Source: Octopus sinensis
Lineage: Eukaryota
Assembly: GCF_006345805.1 (NCBI RefSeq)
Contig: NC_043004.1
Location: forward strand, 19,902,001-19,966,000
Direction: 5' to 3'
DNA length: 64,000 nucleotides
Position numbers and translations under genes: made by a program. Below are positions 42,115 to 53,589 of the stretch, piece by piece. The notes below the pieces were generated by a model. It had not been told where the DNA came from. It saw only the letters and a list, made by a program, of their open reading frames with translations, and did no database searches. The first letter of the stretch is position 1. Every line of letters begins with the position of its first letter.

Positions 42115-42440
42115 ATATAGTTGTGTGGTTAAGAAGCTCTCTTTGCCATCACTTGTTTTTGAGTGCTTGACGCATCGAGCAAGTGTCTTCTACTATATAA
42201 TTGGATCCACCAATCCCTGTGAGTAAAGTTTGTTGACAGAAGCTGTGTGAAAGCCTCTCATATAAATATATATATGTGTGTAAATGTGTGTGCGTGTGCA
42301 TGTTTTGTTTCTGCGTTTGTCCCCCCCCCACACACACACACCCCACTTGTCAGCCGATATTGGCTGAAGTCGATCTGTTCGACTAAAAACTTCGAAATGG
42401 TGACCCATCATGGTCGCAGTTCAATTGCATGAAAAACGTG
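42115..42440 (+). mobile_element. Degenerate family A SINE
   Basis: GTTGTGTGGTTAAGAAGC...GAGCAAGTGTCTTCTACTATA...microsatellite...CGACTAAAAAC...CATGGTCGCAGT. Confidence 0.75.
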
Positions 42441-44179
42441 AAGAATTAAACATAAAATAACCCTGCAAATCAATGTAATGATTCTCTTCGTAATGTAAAT
42501 TTAATTTCAACCGATATCTAGAAATAAATAGTATAACTTGCCATCGTTTAATGAAATTGATGCCATTGGTGAAAATGGAGTTTCTCCTGGGAATAGGGAT
42601 GTTAAATTTCATTTAAGAAATATATCTGCCAAATTAACAACATTTTTGTGATGCTAATGGTGTAATCCGCTTCAGTTTTCTAACGAAGAATTTGAGTGGT
42701 AAATTGTAATCCAGCACCATGAAGTTCACAAAACACGTGATCTCAACTCAGCATCTGTGTAACAACTTTGCGGTCTTCATCTCAAGTTTAGGCATGGGGT
42801 CCTTTTATCAATAGAGTTTCTCCCCACCCCAAAAGAACATTTCGTGTGGTAAGTAACGACTGTAGTTTGCAGCTCAATTGGAATAAATCTCATTTCTACT
42901 CTCTACTTATTTACAACAAAACTTATTTTGAAAATGTTATAGCAGCAGCAGCAAAATTTATTAAACCAGGTATTTAAAAAAATTCTTACACAAGTAATTA
43001 GAAGAGACTAAAAATTGAGAGTAATTTACAGCAGAATGCAACATTGGAATATCACCCATATTGAGCGGCAGGTTTTAATTCTTCTGCATATTTGAAATCA
43101 TGTTAGGACACTGTCTCGAAGCATTTTGGAAGAATAAATCGACGCTGGTATATAGTTTAAAGATGATACTTATTCTGTACTTTTCATTTTACCAAACCAC
43201 TAATTTCTGGGGACAAAAACAAACTTATACCATTTGTCGAGCCATGGGTGGGCAAAGACGAAGATACATCTGCACACATGATGAACCTCCACACAATCTT
43301 TGTCTTCTAAATTCACTCATGAGGAATTAGTCGCTCTAGAAGGTTGTAGTGAAAGTCACATGTAAACCGAAATTCTGAACTGAGAGCAAAATTAGAACTA
43401 CAGACGACATTTATACAGCAATATCAAATGAAAACATTTTCATTGGAGAATCTTGGAAAAAAATTCATGGTACTTAGAAGATGATGTATTAATAATACTG
43501 TTTCTTCTTGTATGGGAAAAGAAACGTGTAGACACAAGAAAAATCTTTGAAATAAAGTAGAGAAAAACCTTCAACAATAGATGTTTAATGTAAATGATTA
43601 GCAACAACAGTGAAGATGTAATAACGCAATTAGAGTGCATTTCAGATTCCATTATGTAAGCTATCCCAAGTATTGCTCTAAAATGTCTTCCTGTTGGAGA
43701 AATAAATTTCTTGTGCATACAAAATTTGAAATACTTTCATATGTTAAAGTATAAAAAATTCACTAATTTCATTACTAAGTTTCTGTCGAAATAAAGTGTA
43801 ACTACTTGCGAAAAGTTTGTTGAAGCTGAGAAAATCAAGTTCGAATTGTCTTGTATATAAGTTATTAGTCTTACTTGTCCCAGAAGCCACATGGAAGTTA
43901 TCTCACTATATCATGTATAATATCTCCATATTTTCTAAAGCTTAGTCTTTTAAGTTCATTACCAACATAGAAAGTATTTTCAAAGAGAACAAGCTCATCA
44001 AGTGATTCGAACTTAACCATGAAAGTGAAAACTTACGCTTCTACTTGTATTTTGAAATTCTTAACAATGTATATTCAATGAACGTGATGGAAAATTACAA
44101 GTCGGATGAAACATCTAGGGAAGAGAGTCAATCGTACATAATATTTGCATGACGCATCTGCAGATGAGGGGCAATCTTT

Positions 44180-44570
44180 TATCTTCAGTCCTTTACTTGT
44201 TTCAGCCATGAGACTGCAGCAATGCTGGGATACCACCATGAAGAATGAATCGACCTCAGTACGTTTTTGTCGAACCGCAAAGTACCCGTTGTCAAGCGGT
44301 GGTGGGGAACATACACTGATACAAAGACACAAACACATATAGACACAGACACACACACACACACATGCATGCACACACACACGTGCACGCACACACACAC
44401 ATTTATATATGCGACAGCTTTCTTTCTGTCTACCAAATCCACTCACAAGGCTTTGGTCGGCTCGCGGCTATAGTAGAAAAACTTCCCTGTGATGCCACTC
44501 AGTGGGGCTGAACCTGGAACCGCGTGATTGCAAAGCAAGCTTATAACCACACAGCCATACATTCGCCTAT
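44180..44570 (-). mobile_element. Family A SINE
   Basis: Reverse complement of the full architecture, including the internal (CA)n tract and head ...GCTGAACCTGGAACC...ACCACACAGCC. Confidence 0.85.
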
Positions 44571-45269
44571 CGTATGCAATATTTTCCTGTAAGAACTCGA
44601 TCTACCTATCTAGATTTAAATTGTATTTTAGAACAACTGCCATTAAATGTCCAAACGTATTTTAGCATTGATCAAACAGTTTGTGATAATCAGCTAGATC
44701 ATGAATATTAGGCATTAAAATTGCTTAACGCGTTTACACTATCTTTACGTGCTACTGCATGGATTGAATTTAAAATAGGATCACATGCAATGCTGTTACA
44801 TAATATGTGAATTCAGCTATGCCTTGTAATGAATGGAACTAGACTACAAATTGTTGACATAACTAGTAATTACTTTGAATGATTGTTAGTAAATGATACT
44901 TTACCAGGTAGGTGAACGCTAATAGCTAGAGCTAAATTGAACTAAGTGATACAAATTTGCCGTTTACTGTTTAGAGAATTCCGTTTCCTGTTTGATTAAC
45001 TTATTCAAGCATAACTGAAACACAAGGATAACTGAACACAAAAACATGAGTACAAGTGTTTAATAAGATAAGGATTTACTTACCACAAATCGGTATTTAG
45101 TTATGGACAGTTATATGCAGCATATTACACGGTTAGGATATAAAATGAGACTGTTAGTACTTATAAATATGAAAGACAGTGGAGGAAGCTTAACGCTAAA
45201 AATGTTCAATGTTAGAATGTATTAAATTCATGGTTTGAATTTATGATCACGTATGTACTTTGTATTCTT

Positions 45270-45670
45270 TTCTACTCTAGACACAAGGCCCGAAATTTTG
45301 GGACGGGAGGAGGGGTCAGTCGATTAGATCGACCCCAGTACGCAACTGGTACTTAATTTATCAACCCCGTAAGGATGAAAGGCAAAGTCGACCTCGGCAG
45401 AATTTGAACTCACAACGTAAAGACAAACGAAATACATATTTCTTTAATACCCACAAGGGGCTAAACACAGAGGAGACAAACAAGGACAGAGAGACGGATT
45501 AAGTCGATTATATCGAACCCAGTGCGTAACTGGTACTTAATTTATCGACCCCGAAAGAGTGAAAGGCATAGTCGACCTCGGCGGAATTTGAACTCAGAAC
45601 GTAATGGCAGACGAAATAAGGTTACGCATTTCGCCAGGCGTGCTAACGTTTCTGCCAGTTCGCCGCCTTA
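45270..45670 (-). mobile_element. Family B SINE, dimeric form
   Basis: Two tandem GTCGA..CCCAGT.CG.AACTGGTACTTAATTTATCGACCCCG..AGG.TGAAAGGCA.AGTCGACCTCGGC.GAATTTGAACTCA modules joined by CCCACAAGGGGCTAAACACAGAG. Confidence 0.85.
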
Positions 45671-45734
45671 ATCATATGTACTATGCATTACCTACCTCAC
45701 CAAATTAGGTTTAAACATACAAATATGTGCTAGA

Positions 45735-46075
45735 AGGCGCATGGCTCAGTGGTTAGACCATCGAGCTTACGATCGTGAGGTTGTGAGTTCGAATCTCGGA
45801 CCGGAGTGCGTGTTATGTTCTTGAGCAAGTCACTTTATTTCACATTGCTCCGGTTCCCTCAGCTGTAGAAATGAGTTGCGACGTCACTGGTGCCAAGCTG
45901 TATCGGCCTTTACCTTTCCCTTGGATAACACTGGTGGCGGTGAGAGAGGAGGCCGATATGCATGGCCGATTGCTGGTCTTCCATAAACAACCTTGCCCGG
46001 ACTTGTGCATGAGAGGATAACTTTCTAGGTGCAATCCCACGGTCAGTCATTGATTGAAGGGGGTCCCAGCATGTG
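45735..46075 (+). mobile_element. CORE-like tRNA-derived SINE (family C)
   Basis: TGGCTCAGTGG (A box) and GTTCGAATC (B box), then CTTGAGCAAGTCACTTTATTTCACATTGCTCCGGTTCCCTCAGCTGTAGAAATGAG, which parallels the MIR/CORE domain. Confidence 0.75.
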
Positions 46076-46369
46076 CTAGAGTAATTACTGTACCTTCGTT
46101 GGGATTTATATCGCTCCATTCAATTATACCAGGCTGAGTCAAATGTTTTTCGTATTTCGAGCGTTAATTAATAATTGAAACAAATTACACACGAAAAGCA
46201 CATGTTCCTCAAAATATATCCCATCATATTCTATTATCTGTCGCCATCGCTGTTCTAGAAGCTCAATTCCACGCTTATAACATTTGGCTGCTTTAGAAGC
46301 CAAAACCTACCTGCATTCGGTTTCAACTTTAATTCACATTCTTGAACCGTATACCTTACAGGAAATGTG

Positions 46370-46423
46370 CTAAAGCTGGGGAAATGTGACCATGTGGTGG
46401 TAGCAGGTCTGGACTGTAGGTGG

Positions 46424-46485
<62 letters not shown>

Positions 46486-46600
46486 GGGCATATAGCTCAT
46501 AGGGCAGACCATCCAACCCGGATGATTTGCGCCCCACGCAGCGGCCCGATACATCTTCCACTTCCTCCACTGAAATCCACTTCCTCCACTTCTCACAGAC
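46370..46600 (-). mobile_element. L1/Tx1-like RT fragment interrupted by (TAC)n (46424-46485)
   Basis: EVEDVSGRCVGRKSSGLDGLPYELY resembles the KSPGLDGLPxEFY RT N-terminal motif. Confidence 0.6.
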
Positions 46601-46621
46601 AGTAACAATAACAACAACAAC

Positions 46622-46654
<33 letters not shown>

Positions 46655-48829
46655 TATATATATATATTATATATATATATATTTATATATATCTTCTGTG
46701 ACATGGAGTTACATATCTGCTTGTATATGTGATATCCATTAATGCAATTATCTGCATAATTTCGCACAGGAAATGAAAAATTTGAAAATTTGTAGATAAT
46801 CTTCATTCTTTTTTCTTTTTGCATAGAAACTATATGAAGTATATATATGAATATTTTCATAATGAGTACGTTCTCTACCAGAACCTACCACAGATATGTT
46901 TCCATATAAAAATGAACATAAAAACAAGCAAAAAGAAACATTCTTTCTAAATCTTTTCTGAGTTCTATTTTACCATTCACAGTTTATTTAAAATAGAAGA
47001 CCAACAACGCTTCAAGATTGTGCAACCTAAAGAAACCATACAAATATTTTCCATGAGGGACATTCTTAACAATTTGTATGTTGTTTTTGTGTTTTGTCGG
47101 ATCATGTTCTTTTAAAGATAAAAATACGAGCGAGGAGGGCAGAATAATTTCTTTTATCGAAATGGAATAATATCCTAAATTTGTTTCATACTAACCATTC
47201 AAAAATCCATTGACATTGATGATAGAAAGACAGAATGAAAATCAAATACGTTGCTTAAAAGTTGAAGCTGACATCTGAGATACTTTCACTTTTATACATA
47301 TCTCTTTCTCTAATGCTCTATCTCTTTGTGAGAGGAGTTCATTAGAAAATTTACAATTAAAGCTCTCATTTTAAATCCCTATATCTAAGATACGATTGAA
47401 GAAATAGCCGTAGAAGTAGTAAAAGTTTAACAATATTTCGTTTAGATGAGATTTCTTAAATTTCAAATCTTATGACGGGCAACTGATGTTAATCACGATA
47501 ACTTTTGAGAAAATTAGCATTTATATGTGTACCGGAATAAATTCAGCAACTATACTGCTTCTGATGGAATTTGTTCTATTATGAAAATAATCAATGCTAT
47601 GGTTATTGGATGATCGTACTCAAAATCGTTCTGTAATATAGATTCGATTTCTCACTAAAAGACATAATACCAAAATTTTCACAAACTTTACACAAAATGC
47701 ATTGACAAGTAGTTTTCTTGGCTTTAGTTTGGAAGCGAAATGAGGGAATGTGAACTTGCTTCACAAAGTGCTTAATTTTGACTTCTACCCCATGTTCACA
47801 ACGTATATTTATATTTTTATACGACACAACATAAAAAGGCGCATTCTTCATGCATCTTAATATATGTAGTGTAGTGGAGAGCGAAGCTATTTGCTGTGCA
47901 TCAGCAACGTTGTAAAATTGTAACAAATGTAAATAGATGCATTCTATCACAATACATATTAATCTCATAAGCTTTTAGTTCGCTGCGGTCTTTGCGAAAG
48001 TATTGTGTACAAAAACTCTTCATTGACTCCTTTTAGATCATTGAAGACCTGAACAATAGGTAAACACTATGAAGCAAATATACGTGCTTATCGGGAAAAT
48101 TAGCATCAGTTTCATTTACAATTTGGAATCATTTTCTCTTATTCAATTATTAATACTGCTAAGTTAACGAAGAGTAAGTCTGTATATTTTTGCGCCAAGG
48201 TTCTGTATATAGCAAGAAACATTTGCCCCAGGTGCTGCACGGTGAGATTGAATTTGAAACAACGTGTTTATAAAGCGTATTTCTTTATTGCATAATCATG
48301 ACTGCGCCTTTGTATAAATTCACTTGTAAAGATACAACAATGCAGTAACAGTAGACATGGGGTTGCAACAGCGACAGCAACAGCTTTTCTTGTAGCAGCA
48401 GCAACAGCAGCAGCAGCAGCAGTAGTGGAAGTAAGATTCATTGATAACATCGGTGAATGAAATCGAATATGTATGAAAGAGCTTCAATCAATAATCGAAA
48501 TCAGTTACAATTTGTAACTGGTATTTCTGAATGGATAATAATCAGTATCTGCTTCTTATTTATTCTCTAAATTTTATAAGGATGGATGCAACTACAGCTA
48601 TAATCAAATGTTAAAATTGCTCTTCATCTTGAACTTTTGAAGTTGATTACTGAATATTGTGTTTGGCGAGACGTGATAAGAAAAATATCTAAAGCATGTT
48701 TCTTTGGATGAGATATAAAATGGACGACAAGAGCTGAAGAGGAATTGAACACGAGAATGCAACGGCAGATTGTCTATCAAACAACATTACTATAAGCAAA
48801 AGGCATGACATTTTTAGAGACGAGTCTAC

Positions 48830-49580
48830 TCGATTACATCGTTCCCCAGTATGTGATTGTCAATTATTTCATCGACTCCAGAAGGGTGGAAGGCAACGTG
48901 GGTGTCAGTCGAAAGTGAAATGAGAAGGTAAATACCGACGGAATTCATTCAAACAACATTAGTAACCTGATTTAATATAGGCACAAGCCTGAAATTTTAG
49001 GTAGAGATTAGTCGGTTTGATTGAACGTAGTAGTTTTTTTTTTATCTATCCCGAAAGGATGAAAGGCCAGGTCGACCTCAACAGAATTTCAACTCAAAGC
49101 GTTAAGACAAGCAAAATAACGCTCAATATTATTGTCCGGTTTGCTAATGATTCTGTCAGTTCGCCGTCCTAAGCCATCAATAATCCTTTCTACAGTAATC
49201 ACAAAGCCCGAAAATCTGGACGAGGGGCTATTACATCGACCCCAGTGAGTTACTGGTACTTATTTCATCGACGCTGAAAGGATGAAAGGCAAAGTCGACC
49301 TCGGCGGAATTTGAACTCAGAACACGTAGCGGCAGACGAAATACCTATTTCTTTACTACCCACAAGGGGCTAAGCACAGAGAGGACAAACAAGGACAGGC
49401 AAACGGATTAAGTCGATTATATCGACCCCAGTGCGTAACTAATTCTTAATTTATCGACCCCGAAAGGATGAAAGGCAAAGTCGGCCTCGGCGGAATTTGA
49501 ACTCAGAACGTAACGGCAGATGAAACACCGCTAAGCATTTCGCCCGACGTGCTAACTTTTCTGCCAGCTCGCTGCCTTAA
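48830..49580 (-). mobile_element. Cluster of family B SINEs (degenerate monomers plus dimer at ~49200-49580)
   Basis: Repeated GAAAGGATGAAAGGCAAAGTCGACCTCGGCGGAATTTGAACTCAGAAC modules; same dimer junction as 45270-45670. Confidence 0.85.
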
Positions 49581-50269
49581 AGCACCATTAATAATGACGA
49601 AGTGAATGACATTTTACTAAATCGGAAACTATGAACTCATCTTTCAAGTTTTTAATCACTAAAAAATAACTAACACGGGATTGTGAGATAGCTAACTTGA
49701 CAAATTTCATATAAAAATGCGTTCATGTAATTTCTGTAAATTAAAAGACAAATTTAATTAAGTAGCAATTACATTTTATTAGAACGCGATTAAGAGTCAG
49801 CAAATTTATCATATTGGAATTTAAATCCCATGATATTTAGAAATATTTTTGGAAGTTCTAAATATCATTTAAATTATATTTTTGTTAATAGGAAATAGAA
49901 AAATGAGAATTTGAAATGAATGAAAAATTATCCTTGTAACAGATTATTTAAAAGATCAGAACATATTGTCTGTCACTACAAGGGATACCAAATTTGGACA
50001 GCTAAAGAAACCTTATATTATAAAAAACCTTATATTATAAAAGACAAGCGGATCTCCATGTCTGTCTGTTGCAACATCTGTAATAGCGAGGGAAGAAGGG
50101 GAAGATTCAAGATATACGTCACAACATATTTTTACAAGAAGGGGAGGACAAAAATTTATTGTTGAAAGGGAAAGAGTATGTGTATGTGTGTGCGAGCGCG
50201 TGTGTGAGTGTGTGTGTGTGAAAGATAAATTGATAGATAGATAGAAAGCTATATAGGTGGATAGATAGT

Positions 50270-50305
<36 letters not shown>

Positions 50306-50361
50306 GTGTGTTCACCATAGTCGGTTTCAGTCACAACATCTATTACATATATATATATATG

Positions 50362-50653
50362 AATTAGAGATAAAACCACCATTATGCAACTGAAACAGTG
50401 ATAAACATAGACCAAAACATAAATAACAAATACAAAAATATTTTTATGAAAGATATAACTAGATCTCAGAAACAATTAAAATGAATAATCAATATATAAG
50501 TATTACTTGTTACTTATTATATATTGATTATTCATTTTTATTCTTTTTGAGATCTAGTCATATGTTTTATAAAAATATATTCTATTTGTTATTTATGTTT
50601 TGGTTTATGTCTATCACTGTTTGAGTTGCATAATAGTGGTTTTATCTCTAATT
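50362..50653. repeat. Long near-perfect hairpin, ~141-bp arms with 8-nt loop (50503-50510)
   Basis: AATTAGAGATAAAACCAC...ATAAGTA / TACTTAT...GTGGTTTTATCTCTAATT; about 85% paired by eye. Confidence 0.92.
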
Positions 50654-51034
50654 TATATTTTATATATTTATATTGTGAAATTTGATTTAATACTAAATCA
50701 AATTTTCCCTGTAGGTTTGGAGTTGATGAAATAGGGACAACTGAAGAAGGGGAATATTCCTTGTTTTGTATGTCTTGTACTCTGTTTTTTTCGTTGTTTG
50801 AAAAAAAGTTCGTTTCTATGTTTTTTGTTTTTATGCTTTCGTTTCTCATTGCGTCCCACATTTTTGTAATGTCATGTACCCATATATGCATGTATATATA
50901 CATATATATGTAGGTATGTATATATATGTAGGTATATATGCATATATTTATATATTATGTATATTAAATATATATATACATTTAACGAGCAAAACTTCGT
51001 AGACACACGAGAAAAATACCGGACAAAACATAAA

Positions 51035-51375
51035 ACATGTGCAATAAGTACAGGATAACACTAAAGTGTGAAAGGTACGTAAACACACAAGAGAAAGGTA
51101 GCGGACAAAATACCAAAAGTAAAGAACTTGATCATCAGTTATCGGACTATTTATTACTCCCTATTTTGTGCTTTTAACGACAAAATAGGAAAACGTCCTA
51201 AGACAGCAGCATACAGACAGGTTTAAATATCCTATGTGTCGTTAAAAACACAAAATAGGGAATAATAAGCAGTCCAACGACTGATGACCGAGTTATCTTA
51301 TTTTGTTCTATACTTTTCTCTCGTGTGTTGACGTATTTTTCACTCGTTGATGATATCCTGTACTTAATGTGTATT
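51035..51375. repeat. Inverted repeat, ~150-bp arms with ~40-bp spacer
   Basis: AAGTACAGGATA...TCATCAG..CCCTATTTTGTG.TTTTAACGACA / TGTCGTTAAAAACACAAAATAGGG...CTGATGA...TATCCTGTACTT. Confidence 0.85.
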
Positions 51376-51464
51376 TTTTTCCTTTATAATTGAAAACCAC
51401 ACACCCTTGTCCACAGTAAGTTCTTACATCTACATATATATATATATATATATATCTATATATA

Positions 51465-51503
<39 letters not shown>

Positions 51504-51506
51504 TAC

Positions 51507-51581
<75 letters not shown>

Positions 51582-51918
51582 AGGCAACTCGTTGCTAAAC
51601 CCTTATTGCTTAGTATTACTTAAATTTTCCTCGAATGAGGCTTTTACATGCCGAAGACTACTTGGTGTAATTGATAATTTTTCCAAATTAATTAATTTCA
51701 CCCTTCATTATTACGGATAACCATATTTTATCTCAGTAGATGACCACAGCATCTTGTTTTGGCTACACGCGGGTGGGAAGGGGCTGTTGACACAATCGTT
51801 TCATTCACAAATTGAATCGGTGATACCAGTTGCGGTTTTAGCTCGCTCTGATACTGAGTGGAGTTGGTGCCTTCTGGTATCTCAAAATTCAATATATAAC
51901 CATTTATGATTATAGTAT

Positions 51919-52032
51919 TCTACGCTGAAGAGAAAAGAAGTTTCGGTAAGATAGAATTATTTATTATTTAATATTTAATATTTAATTCGTATGCTTTCCT
52001 TAAAACTTGATTTCGAAACGTACGTCCGTGGA
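51919..52032 (+). ncRNA. Type I hammerhead ribozyme, copy 1 (predicted cleavage after C52026)
   Basis: Stem I TCTACG/CGTGGA; core CTGAAGA (51925-31); long stem II GAAA-ag-AAGTTT..TAAG..ATA GAATTA / TAATTC.TAT..CTTA AAACTT-ga-TTTC; GAAA (52015-18); stem III C-GTAC-G; GTC triplet 52024-26. Confidence 0.88.
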
Positions 52033-52519
52033 TAACTAAAAAAATGTATGATAGATTGCAGTCAATTCATTCTCTCTTACCTGTTTGTGCCTTCCAAATG
52101 CTGTTTTTACTGAGATCTCCCTTTTTAGTAGAAGAAATAGCTATAACCCTTTGACTGCTATTTCTAAATTCGGTATGTGGTAAGGCAACTCGTTGCTAAA
52201 CCCTTATTGCTTAGTATTACTTAAATTTTCCTCGAATGAGGCTTTTACATGCCGAAGACTACTTGGTGTAATTGATAATTTTTCCAAATTAATTAATTTC
52301 ACCCTTCATTATTACGGATAACCATATTTTATCTCAGTAGATGACCACAGCATCTTGTTTTGGCTACACGCGGGTGGAAGGGGCTGTTGACACAATCGTT
52401 TCATTCACAAATTGAATCGGTGATACCAGTTGCGGGTTTTAGCTCGCTCTGATACTGAGTGGAGTTGGTGCCTTCTGGTATCTCAAAATTCAATATATAA
52501 CCATTTATGATTATAGTAT

Positions 52520-52632
52520 TCTACGCTGAAGAGAAAAGAAGTTCGGTAAGATAGAATTATTTATTATTTAATATTTAATATTTAATTCGTATGCTTTCCT
52601 TAAAACTTGATTTCGAAACGTACGTCCGTGGA
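52520..52632 (+). ncRNA. Type I hammerhead ribozyme, copy 2 (predicted cleavage after C52626)
   Basis: Same fold: CTGAAGA 52526-32, GAAAC 52615-19, GTAC loop, GTC 52624-26; one T fewer in stem II. Confidence 0.88.
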
Positions 52633-52835
52633 TAACTAAAAAAATGTATGATAGATTGCAGTCAATTCATTCTCTCTTACCTGTTTGTGCCTTCAAATGC
52701 TGTTTTTACTGAGATCTCCCTTTTTAGTAGAAGAAATAGCTATAACCCTTTGACTGCTATTTCTAAATTCGGTATGTGGTAAGGCAACTCGTTGCTAAAC
52801 CCTTATTGCTTAGTATTACTTATATATATATATAT

Positions 52836-52905
<70 letters not shown>

Positions 52906-53589
52906 AATATATATATACATAAACATGCATATATACTACCATAACCTATACATGCATACGAATATATTTAGAAATTGTCTGATGTATTGAGTATAAAAAT
53001 AGTGTATCCTCAGGGGTTTAGAAAACTTAGAACTTGGCAAAACTCGCCAAATATTTTGTTCAACTCCCAAAAGTTTTTTCAGCACCATTGGTTGAACATC
53101 GATGATAACTAACGATAAATAAATGCAATGAAAGTAATTAAGTAAATAATATAAACCATAAAAGTTATAATAAAAAGAATAAAAATAAAATAAAATAAAT
53201 CCATTCGGGTATTCGATATCTTTAAAACACATTTTGGGCAATTGAAGATACACGAAATCTGTACAACACATTTTGGGCAATTGTAAATGGAAATTTTAAA
53301 ATGTGCATGAAAGATCAAAGTTGTGATGTATATAGTGGGCTAAATTGCAGTGTAAAAAACAGTTATATAGTTCAAAAGGTGCATTTAAAAGTAACAGCTA
53401 CAATAAGAAATCAAAATAAGATAAACAAAAATAATGTAAAAATACTAATAAAATAAAATAATATAGAAATAATGGCTTGCAAACAGTCGAAGGTTTTCTT
53501 CAAAGTAGAAAAATATACGATGAATGTAATGTTAAATGATGCCTGTTTTTAGATGAAAAAGCTAAATTCAAATGTAAAAGCCAACATTA

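Larger units (their letters stand above)
51581..52821 (+). mobile_element. Retrozyme-like tandem repeat: 2 full units (601 and 599 bp) + 41-bp third start, embedded in (TA)n, one hammerhead per unit
   Basis: AAGGCAACTCGTTGCTAAACCCTTATTGCTTAGTATTACTT begins at 51581, 52182 and 52781; the only differences I found between units are four single-base homopolymer indels, which account for the 2-bp length difference; no ORF. Confidence 0.85.

Noticed and set aside
45737-45810. tRNA gene
   Set aside because: A/B boxes present but the acceptor stem does not close and it continues into a SINE body; it is a SINE head.
50745-50765. CTGAAGA-AGGGGAATATTCCTT hairpin
   Set aside because: No GAAA after the hairpin; incomplete.
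51626-51672. CTCGAATGA-GGC/GCC hairpin-GAAG inside the 600-nt unit as a second hammerhead
   Set aside because: Core deviates at several invariant positions and there are no convincing stems I/III.
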